A stretch of 64,000 nt of DNA from Aegotheles albertisi. Its lineage: Eukaryota. The DNA lies in the NCBI GenBank assembly GCA_039906565.1, contig CM078459.1, positions 18,787,066 through 18,851,065 on the forward strand, written 5' to 3'. Positions 25,929-38,174 of the stretch are shown here, one piece after another. The translations under genes were made by a program, and so were the position numbers. Positions within the stretch are counted from its first letter, which is position 1. Each line of letters begins with the position of its first letter. The notes beneath the pieces are model-generated. The model did no database searches. It saw nothing but the letters and a program-made list of their open reading frames with translations, and was not told the DNA's origin.

Positions 25929-26112
25929 TGCCAGTATTAAGTATTCTTCACCCAGTGAAATGGATGGAACCCGGCTCCTGGCAGTTTGTGACGTTGCACT
26001 TGGATCCTGCTTAGATTTGTGTGAGCGAGATTATTCATTAAATAGTGCACCATCGGGCTATGACAGTGTGCATGGAGTCCGTAAAACAGCAGATACCTCT
26101 TCAGACTTTGAG
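25929..26112 (+). CDS. PARP4: PARP4 exon SASIKYSSPSEMDGTRLLAVCDVALGSCLDLCERDYSLNSAPSGYDSVHGVRKTADTSSDFE
   Basis: Matches human STSIKYSHPGETDGTRLLLICDVALGKCMDLHEKDFSLTEAPPGYDSVHGVSQTASVTTDFE. Donor GTACTG. Confidence 0.9.
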
Positions 26113-26763
26113 GTACTGATCCTACTGATCCAATTTACTAGGCAGTAATGCACAAAATCACTTTTTGTCTGTCTTGCAGCTTGCAAAGAGTGTATGAAAC
26201 TTACAAGCCTCTAAATTGCTATTTGTAAAGAATTATTGCAAGAAAATAGTACTTAAAAGAAAGGTGTAAATATATTTTTTATAACTGAATCATCATATAA
26301 ATATATGGTCTGTGATATTTAAATTATTATTTGGAAGCAATATTCTACTTTGTATGGAATAAGAAATCACTACCATGGAAGGTTCATTGTTTTGTAAATA
26401 AATCCAGCTGATAAAAATCCCTGTCATTATAGATTGGTACTCTGAGGCAGGGATGATAGCTGTAGTGGCACACTGACAAATACATTTGCTCTCTAGATAT
26501 CCACCAGTTTTGTACTTTTTTGTTCTTAGTTATTTTGAGGTATGATTGTGCTTTATGGAGTGTGGAGAATACAAATTAAGAAGACAAGAGATGCAAGCGG
26601 TAGTGATACAGAGATGAGGGGAGTGACAATAAAAGCTGTTAGATTCTTAATTATTTTTCAAAAATAATGTGTCATTGAGGTTCATCTCAATCAATTTGCA
26701 GTGTTTTAGATATTATCTACAGCTTTGTTTTTATTGTAAAATACCTTTATTTGTTTCTAACAG

Positions 26764-26920
26764 GATGATGAATTTGTTGTGTACAAAACCTGTCAGGTTA
26801 AAATTAGATACGTTGTTAAGTTTTGCCTTGGTGAAGATCAAATAAAGCCATTTCAGCCTGCAACTGGGGTGGATCTGGAGCAAGACAACAATGAGTCACA
26901 ATGTCATTTACAGAATGAGA
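26764..26920 (+). CDS. PARP4: PARP4 exon DDEFVVYKTCQVKIRYVVKFCLGEDQIKPFQPATGVDLEQDNNESQCHLQNE
   Basis: Matches human DDEFVVYKTNQVKMKYIIKFSMPGDQIKDFHPSD (end of catalytic domain). Donor GTAAGA. Phase 1 out. Confidence 0.85.
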
Positions 26921-27264
26921 GTAAGAAATGTTTTCTGTTTGTATATTGACTTGCTTCCAAAGTTTCCTAAATACTTATCAGAACCCTTTTGTATGAAGTT
27001 AACATCATAAAAAATAATTTGTAGTTTATTTGCGGATGTTACCAAATTAATGATTACCGTGTGGCATCTGTGTAGCATCTGTTTAACAGGTTTCCTGTAG
27101 GCATAATTACGAACAACAGTTGCAACTCCTCCTGTCACAGTGTGTTTCAAGAGAAGCACAGGAAGCACTTTTGCATAAATCATCAGATGGTCTTTAAATA
27201 ATTCAAGTGCAAAGTTCTAAACAAAGACCTCGTAAGACTTTAAAGAACTATCATGAACTATCCT

Positions 27265-27870
27265 GGCCTGTATCAGAAGTGGTGTGACCAGCAGGAAGGA
27301 GTAGGGAGGTAATCGTGCCCCTGTACTCGGCACTCGTGAGACCGCACCTTGAGTACTGCGTCCAGTTCTGGGCACGACAGGATGGGAAGGACATTGAGGT
27401 GCTGGAGTGAGTCCAGAGAAGGGCAACGAGGCTGGTGAGAGGTCTGGAAAACAAGCCTTATGGAGACCGGCTGAGGGAACTGGGGTTATTTAGCCTGGAG
27501 AAGAGGAGACTGAGAGGAGACCTTATTGCCCTCTACAACTACCTAAAAGGAGGTTGTAGTGAGGCTGGTGTTGGTCTCTTCTCCCAAATTGCTAATGACA
27601 GGGCAAGAGGAAATGGCCTCAAGTTACATCAGGGAAAGTTTAGGTTGGATATTAGGAAGAAGTTCTTTACTGAGAGGGTGGTTGGGCACTGGAATAGGCT
27701 GCCCAGGCAGGTGGTGGAGTCACCGCCCCTGGGGGTGTTCAAAAAACGGGTTGATGAGGCATTTGAGGCCATGGTCTAATGGTCTGATGATTAGGAATAT
27801 GATGGGATAAAGGTTGGACTTGATGACCCTGGAGGTCCCTTCCAACCATAATGATTCTATGATTCTATGA
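27265..27870 (+). mobile_element. CR1 LINE 3' fragment in PARP4 intron
   Basis: ORF 27435..27779 encodes [38 protein letters not shown]...[39 protein letters not shown]. It ends in atgattctatgattctatga. Confidence 0.9.
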
Positions 27871-28062
27871 ACTCATGGTCCCTTAGACAGCCTACAGCTC
27901 AGCAATACAACTCAAGTATTCGTAACAGAAAACTGAATGTTACTTTTGTGTTGTGAATTGCATAAATAAACACTGACCATTGATACAGGATTAGTTTCAA
28001 TCATGTTTTCCGAATGTATATTTAAATAAATATCTTTTTAATCTCTCAAACTCTTTGTTTAG

Positions 28063-28187
28063 GCTATGCATTACCAAATGCAGATCTTTTGAATCCTGTT
28101 AAAACTGGTCTTCAGGACAGATTGGGAAATCCCATCCCTCTGGAAGGTATTTATATCAAGGGGAGGATAATAGACTTCGTAGCACAG
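28063..28187 (+). CDS. PARP4: PARP4 exon (S)YALPNADLLNPVKTGLQDRLGNPIPLEGIYIKGRIIDFVAQ
   Basis: Matches human YQLPDAKTSSSTKAGLQDASGNLVPLEDVHIKGRIIDTVAQ. Donor GTAAAG. Confidence 0.9.
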
Positions 28188-29860
28188 GTAAAGTATGCTC
28201 TTTATTGTTGTTTTCCATAACTCAGCCCTGAAAAAATAATTTGTTCATTAAATAGTGCTTCAGACAAAATGCTATTTAGTGTTCAATTCTTTGCAAAAAG
28301 AAAAAAAGGGCACTTCAGTCTCTAAATGAAGGAAAGTCCTGAAAGTGGAAACAGTTTTTATTCTTAGAGATGTATAGTCAAATTCCAAAAGCTCTGTAGG
28401 CAGTGAAAGGCTTGACTTTATTTCTAACTCTGTTTTCTGCCTATGTGTAATCAAGTTACCATTGTAGAGAAATTTTCCGCAGTAGTGTACCCATTATGTT
28501 CCCTTTAAAAGACCTTCTTGGTGACCTGTTTGCCAGCTGAATGATAAACCAGTGAGAGATAGGATAATTAAAGGTTTATGGAAATGTATTTGTGTTTGTT
28601 TTTGGCAACCTAAATTAGCTGTCATGAGTAAAATATCAATCAATACAAAAGAACTTGCTATTCTAACCTGCTAGTTAGCTAAGCAGACAAAAATAAGGGC
28701 CCACCTTGGGTTTTAGTACATATGCCCTAAGAACACATTCTGTCATGTCACAGGTCTTTCCCAATCCTGGGGCGTAATTCCACAATCTGCCCCTCTGCTT
28801 CAACTGTATCCTGCCTGATGTAGTCTTGATCATGCTATAGCTATGGTTTTACTGAGTTCTGTCACATGTGTGCCTCTCCACAAGAATCAGGAGGTTTCCA
28901 ATGCTGAAAAAGTAAATAATGTTTTTTACCTGTTGTTGCTAAAGCCTTAAAAAGAAAGCAGGGGAAAACGGGCGAGAAAAGGGTTTGAAAGAATTGTCTG
29001 CAAATGAGTCTGTGCTTAAATTATTCTGACACTCACAACTGTTGCCTGATCAGTCTGATTCCTTAGAACAACTGTTCTCATGAGGGATTATTGGGGGCTT
29101 CTTTTGTTTGTTTTTTTTTTATTTTTGTTTTCTTTTGGTCTGGTTTCCTGTGGAATGAATTACTATCTGGTGGCATCTATTCTGTGACCCACTCCATCAA
29201 AGCAGAAGACAGTCTGTAAGGCTGAGGTACAGAGCATAAACCAGAAATTATCAGATGACAAGGGACAATAAGAACAGCAGCAGAAGGGAATGAGAAACTG
29301 CTAGTTTTGTTATAACACATGGGAAGTAAACAGAAGAGCAGATGCAGGAAGAAAGTCAGATGCAATCTGCCACCTAAGAGAAGTTCTGTCATTAGAAGAT
29401 GGATACCATACATAGAGAAATAACACAGGCTTTTCCAAACATCCCTTTTAGTATATCATAAAAATAGACCAATTTTTTGTGGAGATTTACTCTTCCTTCT
29501 TGAAACTATTATAGACATATTGCAGCGGTGACTTCTTTTGTAGGCAACAGCTTGACAGCTCCAGCTCTTTCAGTATATCACATAACCTTTAGAAGGTCAT
29601 GGTTTACTCTTCTTCTGGAATAGATTTGATTAATGATTTAGGGATTAAAAGTTCTACAATTCCCTGCATGTTTCTCGAGATACCTATTTGTCATGCACTG
29701 ATGAATGTTTAAGTTTCATTTCTAAGGTACGAATAGAAGTTCCAGTTGTGGCATACCTATTGACGTTCTGCAGTGCAAAGCACTTATGTTGTTGCACTTA
29801 GAGTACTGTTGGTTTAATCACATTTTAACATTACAGTTATGCAAAAAATACTCATTTCAG

Positions 29861-29992
29861 GTAGTAATGTTTCAGACCTACACCAATCAAAACAGTAAAC
29901 CAATTGAAGCTAAATATGTCTTTCCTTTGGATGACAAAGCTGCTGTTTGTGGATTTGAAGCTTTTATCAATGGAAAACATGTGATTGGAGAG
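29861..29992 (+). CDS. PARP4: PARP4 exon, VIT domain start (VVMFQTYTNQNSKPIEAKYVFPLDDKAAVCGFEAFINGKHVIGE)
   Basis: Near-identical to human VIVFQTYTNKSHVPIEAKYIFPLDDKAAVCGFEAFINGKHIVGE. Donor GTAAAA. Confidence 0.92.
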
Positions 29993-30213
29993 GTAAAATG
30001 TTACTGTACTTTGCCTTTGATGTAGCTTTTTCAGTCTCAAGATCTGAAAGCACTTGTTTAGTAATGATGTGCAACCCTAATTTTGTTACCTCTCATGTCC
30101 TTTGTTGTTAGCACTTGACTGAATTTCAAGGTAGTCAAGTCATTTAAGAGAATATTGGTTAAGTTTTCTGTCTATAGAGGTGAAATTACTTATTTTGGAA
30201 CAATCTTTCATAG

Positions 30214-30300
30214 GTTAAAGAAAAGAAACAAGCACATAGGGAATATCAGAAAGCTATCAGTCGGGGTGATGGAGCTTATCTAATGGACCAGGATGCACCG
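30214..30300 (+). CDS. PARP4: PARP4 exon VKEKKQAHREYQKAISRGDGAYLMDQDAP
   Basis: Matches human IKEKEEAQQEYLEAVTQGHGAYLMSQDAP. Donor GTATGT. Confidence 0.9.
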
Positions 30301-30765
30301 GTATGTTGAATATCGTGGTTTAACACCTACTTGAAAATTTTGCAGTTGTCAAATTACAGATTCTTTGCTGAATCATGTCTTTGTTTGGAAACTCCTTTTT
30401 ACTAGGACTTATTTGGACCATACATTTGATTATTTTTAAAAACAACCATTGTTTCTTTAAATACCTGCTATGGCTTAAATAAAACAGGTATTTCTCTTTC
30501 AGGTGGATTCTTTTTTTTTTTTTTTTTGCAAAAGATCAATTTGTTCAGTTACTATTGATCAGTTTTTGTGAGAAATTAAGGAATTATTGAAAGTTTGACA
30601 ATCCATATTATAGTCCCATTTTTCCTTACACTTCACCAAAGGCAAATAGTAGTTTCTGTGTTAGCATTTGGTTTCAGTGTGCCTAAACACCAATTAAATT
30701 ACTGTTTTGGAAGACATAGGCTTTAATGATGTCATTTAAGCTAGTTTTTGGTTTTTGTTTTTTAG

Positions 30766-30930
30766 GATATTTTTGTAATAAGTGTTGGAAACTTACCTCC
30801 AAATTCTACAGTTGTGATCAAAATCACCTATATCACTGAACTGAGTTTTCAGCATGGTCGTATCACCTTTCATATGCCTGCTTCTATGTCACCATGGCAA
30901 CAGGACAAAGCATTAAATGAAAACACACAG
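30766..30930 (+). CDS. PARP4: PARP4 exon DIFVISVGNLPPNSTVVIKITYITELSFQHGRITFHMPASMSPWQQDKALNENTQ
   Basis: Matches human DVFTVSVGNLPPKAKVLIKITYITELSILGTVGVFFMPATVAPWQQDKALNENLQ. Donor GTTTGT. Confidence 0.9.
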
Positions 30931-31735
30931 GTTTGTTAAAATACAATCTTAAAACGGCATCTTCTTATTTTGAAGCAGAAGTTCTGTGCTTAGGGGATTG
31001 TAGTTACACAAGAGGCTTCAGTAAGTTTGTTTTCCTTTTAATTTCTTCTCATTTGTTAGAAGATAATTGTTTGTAACCATTCTTGTTATAAAGCAACATG
31101 AACACAAACTTAGGAATGCTGTGATTGGTAGAAAGCTTCTTAAGTGTCTCTGAGGTTGTGTTTGCTCCTGCAGGACTTAGATAGTTGAGTTGCCACATGT
31201 TAGATCTCATCTTTTGAGTTACCTGCTGTGTTGCTGTTCCTCCTTTGGCTTGAAACAGCAGCTGAGCATCTGCTGAACATTGTGCTATTATCCTCTGCTT
31301 CAGGGACAAGGTTGCTCACCTGTTTCCTGGATGCCCTTGATGGCTCCTGAATTCTTCAGGTGGGAGGGGAGGTCATCTCAGTGTTTAAATGCCGGCAGAG
31401 AGCCAGCGATGGTCTTTGTGGTCCTAGTCTCTGTGAGATCATATAGGTATATCATATGTCTGACTGTTCAACAATCATGTCTTCTGTTTCAGAGCTCTAA
31501 TATACTGAGTTTTGAAGTTCAGTTTGTCCTTGGGAGAGAAACATTCACAGGTTCATCTGAATTTTAGCTGCTGTGATGCTCAGATAACAAAGCTGTATGA
31601 TTAAATGAAGAGAATGCCATGCAATCCCAACTTAGATACAATAAGAGAAAGGAACCCCAGGGTCATGAAAGTGTCAGGAATGACATACAAATGTTTCATA
31701 ACTGGTGCAGTTAAAAAGTATTTTTTTCTTTGTAG

Positions 31736-31782
31736 CATACAATAAAAAAAGTTCGTGTTAAACAAGTAAAACCACTGAAAAA
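31736..31782 (+). CDS. PARP4: PARP4 micro-exon HTIKKVRVKQVKPLK(N)
   Basis: Acceptor tttctttgtag. Donor AA|GTAAGT. The phase (0 in, 2 out) is exactly what the flanking exons require. Weak similarity to human DTVEKICIKEIGTKQS. Predicted from phase and position rather than strong homology. Confidence 0.55.
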
Positions 31783-33860
31783 GTAAGTTGTTTTCATCAA
31801 TATCGTTGTCGGCTTTATTTTATCAATACCTTAAATTATTAAGTTAAAACATCTGATTTAATGTTTTTTCTATTTATATGGAATATTTGATGGTAAATTG
31901 CATTATCTAGTCTAATTTCACCTTTGACTCTAATCTGTTATTATGCTTAGATAGGTAATATCATAGGGGAATAACTTTTCATTATTACACTCTTCTTCTT
32001 CACTAGATAATACCTTCTGTTTCAGAAACATTTCTGTTATTAAGGATTATATATAGATTCCCGAGTCACAAAACTTCATGAGACCGTGATCTTAATTTTT
32101 TCAATATCGCTGCACTTAATATTTTAGCCTTTCTTTGCATTTGCATTTTAAAGAAAAAAATTGCAATTATCTGAAACTATGATGTTGCTGATAAAGTAAG
32201 AGTTCTTGGAAAATGAGTTATTATAATACATTTCTGTGTGTGGCTATTCCCAACCAGAATAACCAGCAATGCAAGTAGTAGTAGCAATAAATGTGTAAAA
32301 ATGTAATGCTATTCATATTTCCATATTAAAAAAACATGAAAAGTGCTTTTCCTGAGCATGTCCTAATTTCTCCTCTGTTCTATCTGCAAAGCAGGCACAA
32401 AACTGCATCTGTTATAATTTTCTAAAGTTGTATTTAATCTTGAAATAGTGTTAGTTGAAATACTGTCCTGAGCAGCTAAAGATTTGATACTATTTCTGCC
32501 ATATATCAGGAATAAATTAAGAAGTTCATACACTACACATCCTGTTGTAGAAAAGGTATTTAAAATTATAAATGTGAATAAAAATTGGGAAATTCTTATG
32601 AATGGTTATTGTGTGAGGATGGAGATCAGGTGTCTCTATCTCACTCTTTGTGGCTTCAGGTTCTAGAGGGAGCAGCACAAAGACATCCAAGTTAGTTGAA
32701 AACTTATTAATATTATATTAATAACATAATACATTTTTCTGGCTGCAGGCTGGTTCTCTCTGCAGATACTATGGGGCTGTGCATATGTATTGCAGGTTTC
32801 ATCCACAAGCATCTTAAGGATAATGGAGATGTGGCTGTAAACAGAAAATAATTGTTCATATGATATGCAGAGTATACACAGATTCATTGTACATTAATAA
32901 TAATTGAGGTTAGGACTCAATAGGAATAGTCAGGAATATTTATTAAAACGGGCCCATGTAACAAAAATGCTGTAAGACTGACAAATGCAAGGCTACACTT
33001 AGATGAAACGATTGCAGCCCTACGCGTCTACATCTTGGGAGATTATATCCTGGAATACAGCGACTACTGGTAACCCAGGGTTTATTACTCACCCAGTGAG
33101 TCAACAACCTGGAGTGAACAACCACTGTGGTACTGTGGCAAAAATGCCTAATGCAGTCCTAAAATACACAAACCAGTAAGTAGTGAAGAGAGAAGATTAT
33201 TTTACTTTGTCAGGCAAGACAAAAGCCTCAAAACCAAACAACAATAACAAAAAAACCCAGCCTCAAGGCCTCATACATTGACCTCTGCCTGCAAAATGGG
33301 AAGTGATTCCATGATGTTGTATGTATCTTTTATATATCTTGTATTGTATAGTTACACCTATCAGATTGCTTTTTAATGTCATCACAGAGATAAATTAAGA
33401 AGCAAAGACTGGATATTAAAGCTGAATAAGAAAAAAAGACATGCAGTTGTAGCAGTGAGGTTTGGAACAGTTAACCAGGGAAAACTGAACTTTCCTCCTC
33501 TGAAATCCAGTTTCGCTGTCTGTTATGAAGCTTTGCTTTAGAATATAAAGCATCAGGTTAAATGAAGGTATAATTGGCTAGAATGCTATGTAATGTCTTA
33601 TAGGGGAGATCATGTCAGATGGCCTCTTGATCCCTTCTAAACTTTTTAGCTATGAATACACATAGTGAATCAGCATAGTTATTCTTTGGGTATCCTAGGG
33701 ACAGAAATTCGTCTGACTAGTTCAGTATTCTCCACTTCCAGACAAAGATTTAAAAAGTACAGGAAACAGCTTCTTCTCAAGGAGATATCATGGCATGCAG
33801 ATTAAGCATCTTCCTTGAAGTGCCATTCAGGTTGATTTTTTTTCTTTTCCCTTTATTTAG

Positions 33861-33942
33861 TTGCTTTTCTGTGGATATGTCTATTGAGATGCCCTCTAGT
33901 ATTGAACGCATACATAGCTGGACACATGCACTTAAAATAAAG
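33861..33942 (+). CDS. PARP4: PARP4 exon CFSVDMSIEMPSSIERIHSWTHALKIK
   Basis: Matches human SFSLTMSIEMPYVIEFIFSDTHELKQK. Donor GTAAAT. Confidence 0.85.
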
Positions 33943-34361
33943 GTAAATTAATGTCACTGTAACTATGCCTCTGCCTTGGGAGTTCTGCTGTGTATTAAAA
34001 ATGGAACTTTTATGCTAGAAAACGTTTGTGCTAGATCCGTCTGGCTTTGTGCACAGTTCATTTTGCAAACAGCTTGGTCCTCTATTTCTCTTGGATAAAA
34101 ATTTCTGTTGTGCTTGAAGCCCTTCTGTTGTGGTTGTCTTTTTACCTAAAAATATATTCAGTAGAGTGAATGATATTTTAAAGACTGCAATACATAAATA
34201 GAAACTGTACCTTGTAAAATTTCCATAACCTTTTCGGCAAAAAGCTTTGGGACTACCCCTATTAAATCTACTCTCATCATTCCCTGTTCTCACAAAGTAA
34301 ATAATATTCATTGTATTGTTATTAAATAAATATTTAAATGCATGTTTTTCTTGTCTTCTAG

Positions 34362-34499
34362 AAAACAGACTGCAAGGCTGTAATTAAGACTGTGGAGAAC
34401 AGCTCCTTGGATGCTAGTGGCTTTGTTCTAGATGTCTGGATTTCTCAGATCTACCTACCTCGAATGTGGGTAGAGAAGCACCCCAACAAAACGAGTGAG
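34362..34499 (+). CDS. PARP4: PARP4 exon KTDCKAVIKTVENSSLDASGFVLDVWISQIYLPRMWVEKHPNKTSE
   Basis: Matches human RTDCKAVISTMEGSSLDSSGFSLHIGLSAAYLPRMWVEKHPEKESE. Donor GTACTG. Confidence 0.9.
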
Positions 34500-36117
34500 G
34501 TACTGCATAGATTTTACTGTTCATGAGGTAACACTGAATAAGCTAAAACATAATAAACAGGAACAGTTTAGTTTTGATGAGTAAAGGATGAAGAAAAATG
34601 TCACACCATGGACAGTGGTCAATTTGATTTGTTTTTTTAAGCTCAATATTCTCCAGAAATGAGTTTTCTTTTCCGTTGCATAGAATCTTGTTGCTTTTGT
34701 TTTATCCTTTGCCTTGTAAAACAGTAAATGTTTCAAAACAGTTTCCAGCCATTTCTGTTACAACACTTTTTTCTAACTATCCTGCTGCTGTCTGTATTTC
34801 ATGGAAATGTGACTACAGTGTTTGATACAGATGTTGCATTTGAAGCAGTGGAAGTGAAAAAATAAGTCATGGCTGAAGCTGGAACTAAGTAGCTTCAGAC
34901 CCGTGCTCTTTACAACATACACACAAATATTTATAGAATCTGTCAGTGTTTTATTTTAAAGCATTTGCCCCCCCAGGAGATTTTTGTATTCTGTTGTTGT
35001 TACTACTGCTGTAGTGATTATTCTCAAAGGCATTTGAATATTTTCTTTTTCACTAAGTGAAAAGGACATAGCTAGCACTTCCAGCGCTCTGCACTACCGA
35101 GGAATAGAATCCAGCTGCTGTGGCTAAGTCTCAGAAGAGCTCATTATCACCACTGGAGAACATTAATAAAAGGTTAGGTAGGAAAGGAAGGATCAGTTAA
35201 ACCCCTTTTACCTTCACCCATAGTAACTCCTTGCCTGAGAAATACATTTAAAACTTAAAACACATGATTCCAGGTTATTAGAAGCTGTTTCATTGTCCCA
35301 CATTTTTTGTGAAGTCCCTGGCATTTGTAGTTATTTTCAGCTCCTTTTTAATTATTTTTTTTTCGTAAGATAAAAAGCTGCAGAGGTGAAATACAGTCTT
35401 AATGTTACCAGTCTGTTAATTCAGTGTTGAAATTGATTAAAATAAGTAAAATGACAGCTAAGACTGTTTTCTCCCCAACAATGATGTCTTTTATTTTAAT
35501 TCCTTTTAATCAGATCAGAGTTGCTTAGTTTAAATGTATAAGTTTAGGAATTCCTTTCTGATGACTGCAATAATACTGATATTCCCCCAAGGAAAGAAGA
35601 AAGAAAGAGATTCATATTTGTGTTTCCAAACTGAAAACCTTTCCTTTCCTATTGGAAACTTCACTCCTTCAATTATTTTATTTTATTGTTCCACTCTGTT
35701 CATAGCAAGGACAGTTTGCACTTCTGGCTTACGTATTTTTGTGATTCTGGTGCTTCTCACAGACTGATGGTGGCAGTGATGATTGTAAAAGATGATATCT
35801 GTGGGGGTTTTTTTTAATTTTTTTTTTTAACTTATAGAAGAGAATCCAGTGTTATTTACAGAAGAGTGAATCAGATAAGAACACGAAACCACAAAATTCC
35901 TTTTTGAGTTTTTCATGTGATACCTGGGATATAGGTAAAGGACAGGGAAGTTGCACTTTTCAGGCATTAAGAGTAAATGTCATGTATTTGTTAAAAGTTC
36001 GTAATATGGCTATATTCCGCTCTCATTCCATAATAAGGAAAATTAAGATGCTTGGGTACACTTGTAATGAAATCGTATTTGTCCAGTGCACTGATGATTT
36101 TGTTTCTCCCTCTATAG

Positions 36118-36313
36118 GCTTGCATGCTTGTATTCCAACCACAGTTTGAAACAGCATTTGAAGAAGAGCAGCTGTCCAGTGAAGTTATTATTTTATTAGA
36201 TTGCTCGAATTCTATGGCAGGTTCAGCTCTACACCAAGCAAAGCAGATTGCTTTACGTGTTTTGGAACTATTTGCTTTCAGACAAAGAGTGAATGTAGTC
36301 AAATTTGGCACAA
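36118..36313 (+). CDS. PARP4: PARP4 exon, vWA domain start (ACMLVFQPQFETAFEEEQLSSEVIILLDCSNSMAGSALHQAKQIALRVLELFAFRQRVNVVKFGT)
   Basis: Matches human ACMLVFQPDLDVDLPDLASESEVIICLDCSSSMEGVTFLQAKQIALHALSLVGEKQKVNIIQFGT. Donor GTGAGT. Phase 1 out. Confidence 0.92.
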
Positions 36314-36539
36314 GTGAGTTTCTCTCCTTTTTACCTGAGAGCCACCTTTTACCTTCTTGTTCTGGCTTAATTTTATGCACATCATTATTATCAAACCAGC
36401 ATAATACACTGAACTGCAACCAGGAACATGTAGCAGTATGGAATATTTCTACTCTGATATTCCAGTCATAAACTTGTGTTTCCATATGTTGCTACATGCT
36501 TAATATTTTAATGCTCTGAATATTGATCTTTATTCACAG

Positions 36540-36607
36540 ATTTCACAGAATTTTCTTCCTCAATGAATGCTATAAATGATTTGGCATCACTGAAGGAGTT
36601 TATTACA
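36540..36607 (+). CDS. PARP4: PARP4 exon (N)FTEFSSSMNAINDLASLKEFIT
   Basis: Aligns with human GYKELFSYPKHITSNTMAAEFIMS. Acceptor ttattcacag. Donor GTAAGT. Confidence 0.8.
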
Positions 36608-36830
36608 GTAAGTAAATCAGTTTGGTTGTATTCTAAAGAATGTTTTTTTGTATGGGATGCTTATAAATGCAAAACTCTGTTATGCAACTCTTCCTCTTTT
36701 TTTCTTTTTCTGTAGTCCAGCTTCTAAGAATTTTATGTAATTTTGTCTATTTTAAGTCTATTTTCCCTAGTAACAAGCACAGCCACATCTGAATATTAAT
36801 TGCAGTTTGGTTTTAAGTGACTGTTTAAAT

Positions 36831-37125
36831 TAGAATCACAGAATGGTTTGGGTTGAAAAGGACCTTACAGATCATCTAGTTCCAACCCCCCCTGCCATGG
36901 GCAGGGACACCTCCCACCAGACCAGGTTGCTCCAAGCCCCATCCAACCTGGCCTTGAACACTGCCAGGGAGGGGGCAGCCACAACTCCTCTGGGCAACCT
37001 GTGCCAGTGTCTCACCATCCTCACAGGAAAGAATTTCTTCCTAATATCCAATCTAAATCTCCCCTCCTTTAGTTTGAAACTACATGCCTTCATAAAAAGT
37101 CCCTCTCCAGCTTTCCTAACACAGT
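36831..37125 (-). mobile_element. CR1 LINE 3' fragment (minus orientation) in PARP4 intron
   Basis: Minus ORF 36872..37093 encodes [43 protein letters not shown]. The plus strand starts with tagaatcacagaatggtttgggttgaaaaggacc, the reverse complement of the CR1 3' end. Confidence 0.9.
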
Positions 37126-37701
37126 AATCTCTTTTCTAGGATAAATAGAGGAAAAGGGGAATAGGGATGGTTTCTCACCTCTTAAGGATCACAGGACACC
37201 CAGAAAATTGGGCAATCAGCAGATTTAAAACAAAACCCAAACAGTCCTTTTCATGCATAATAATAAATAGCTTAACTTATTGTCATCCTTAACGTTGAGG
37301 CTAAACTGTAATTGATTTCAGAAAGTGGGTTAGGCAAATTAGAAGTGAGAGCTGTAAGTAGCTTTTAGATACAATCATCTGGATGAAAACTCCAGTTCAA
37401 GAAGTCCCCAAACTACTGATTACTGAATCCTCTGAAAACAAGGAATAGAATTTACCATTTTATCTATTTTAGCTGTACCTTTTGCCTAAGCCAGAGAAGA
37501 CACAGGAGTAGATGGACCTTAAGCTCTATTTTCAATAGTAATTATGGAAAAGCAGGAACAAATATAACTTAATAATTAATTATTTATATTTGGAAACCAG
37601 GAGTCGCGTATAATGAAATAGAGATTAAATTATACATTATATGTTATATTAGGAAAAAATAAATTAAACTAAAACTAAAATTGGAATACTTTACTTTTCA
37701 G

Positions 37702-37889
37702 TCTGCTACTGCAACACTTGGAAACACTGAGTTATGGAAGACCTTACGTTACTTAAATCTGCTATTTCCTTCTCAAGGACACCGTAACATTCTTCTTATA
37801 TCAGATGGACACATTCAGAATGAGAGTGTGACCTTCCAGATGGTGAAAGATAATGTTCAACATACGAGGTTATTTACATGTGGTGTTGG
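37702..37889 (+). CDS. PARP4: PARP4 exon SATATLGNTELWKTLRYLNLLFPSQGHRNILLISDGHIQNESVTFQMVKDNVQHTRLFTCGV(G)
   Basis: Matches human ATPTMGNTDFWKTLRYLSLLYPARGSRNILLVSDGHLQDESLTLQLVKRSRPHTRLFACGIG (vWA). Donor GTAAGT. Confidence 0.92.
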
Positions 37890-38074
37890 GTAAGTATGAA
37901 GTTAGCTAGGAATTGCATTTGTTTAAAATAACTGATAATTTATTCAAAATGAATGGTTAACAAGCTGAGGACTGTCAGATGCCCAAGTCTTGCAGTACTA
38001 ATTAAAACCAAAATATTTAGAAATAGTATCAGATGAACAATTCAATAATGACATAAAGAGGGTTTTTTTGTTAG

Positions 38075-38174
38075 TTCCACAGCAAATCGACACATGCTGA
38101 GATCTTTGTCCCAGTATGGTGCTGGTGCATTTGAATACTACGACCCGAAATCCAAGTGTAACTGGGAGGCAAAG
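38075..38174 (+). CDS. PARP4: PARP4 exon STANRHMLRSLSQYGAGAFEYYDPKSKCNWEAK
   Basis: Matches human STANRHVLRILSQCGAGVFEYFNAKSKHSWRKQ. Donor GTAAAT. Confidence 0.92.

Noticed and set aside
27435-27779. ORFs with CR1-type translations (27435..27779, 4822..5037, 36872..37093 minus, 44132..44560) as candidate genes
   Set aside because: These are fragments of CR1 LINE ORF2 and its 3' end (RT and C-terminal [12 protein letters not shown]...LPREVVESP motif). They are truncated and frameshifted retroelement remnants.
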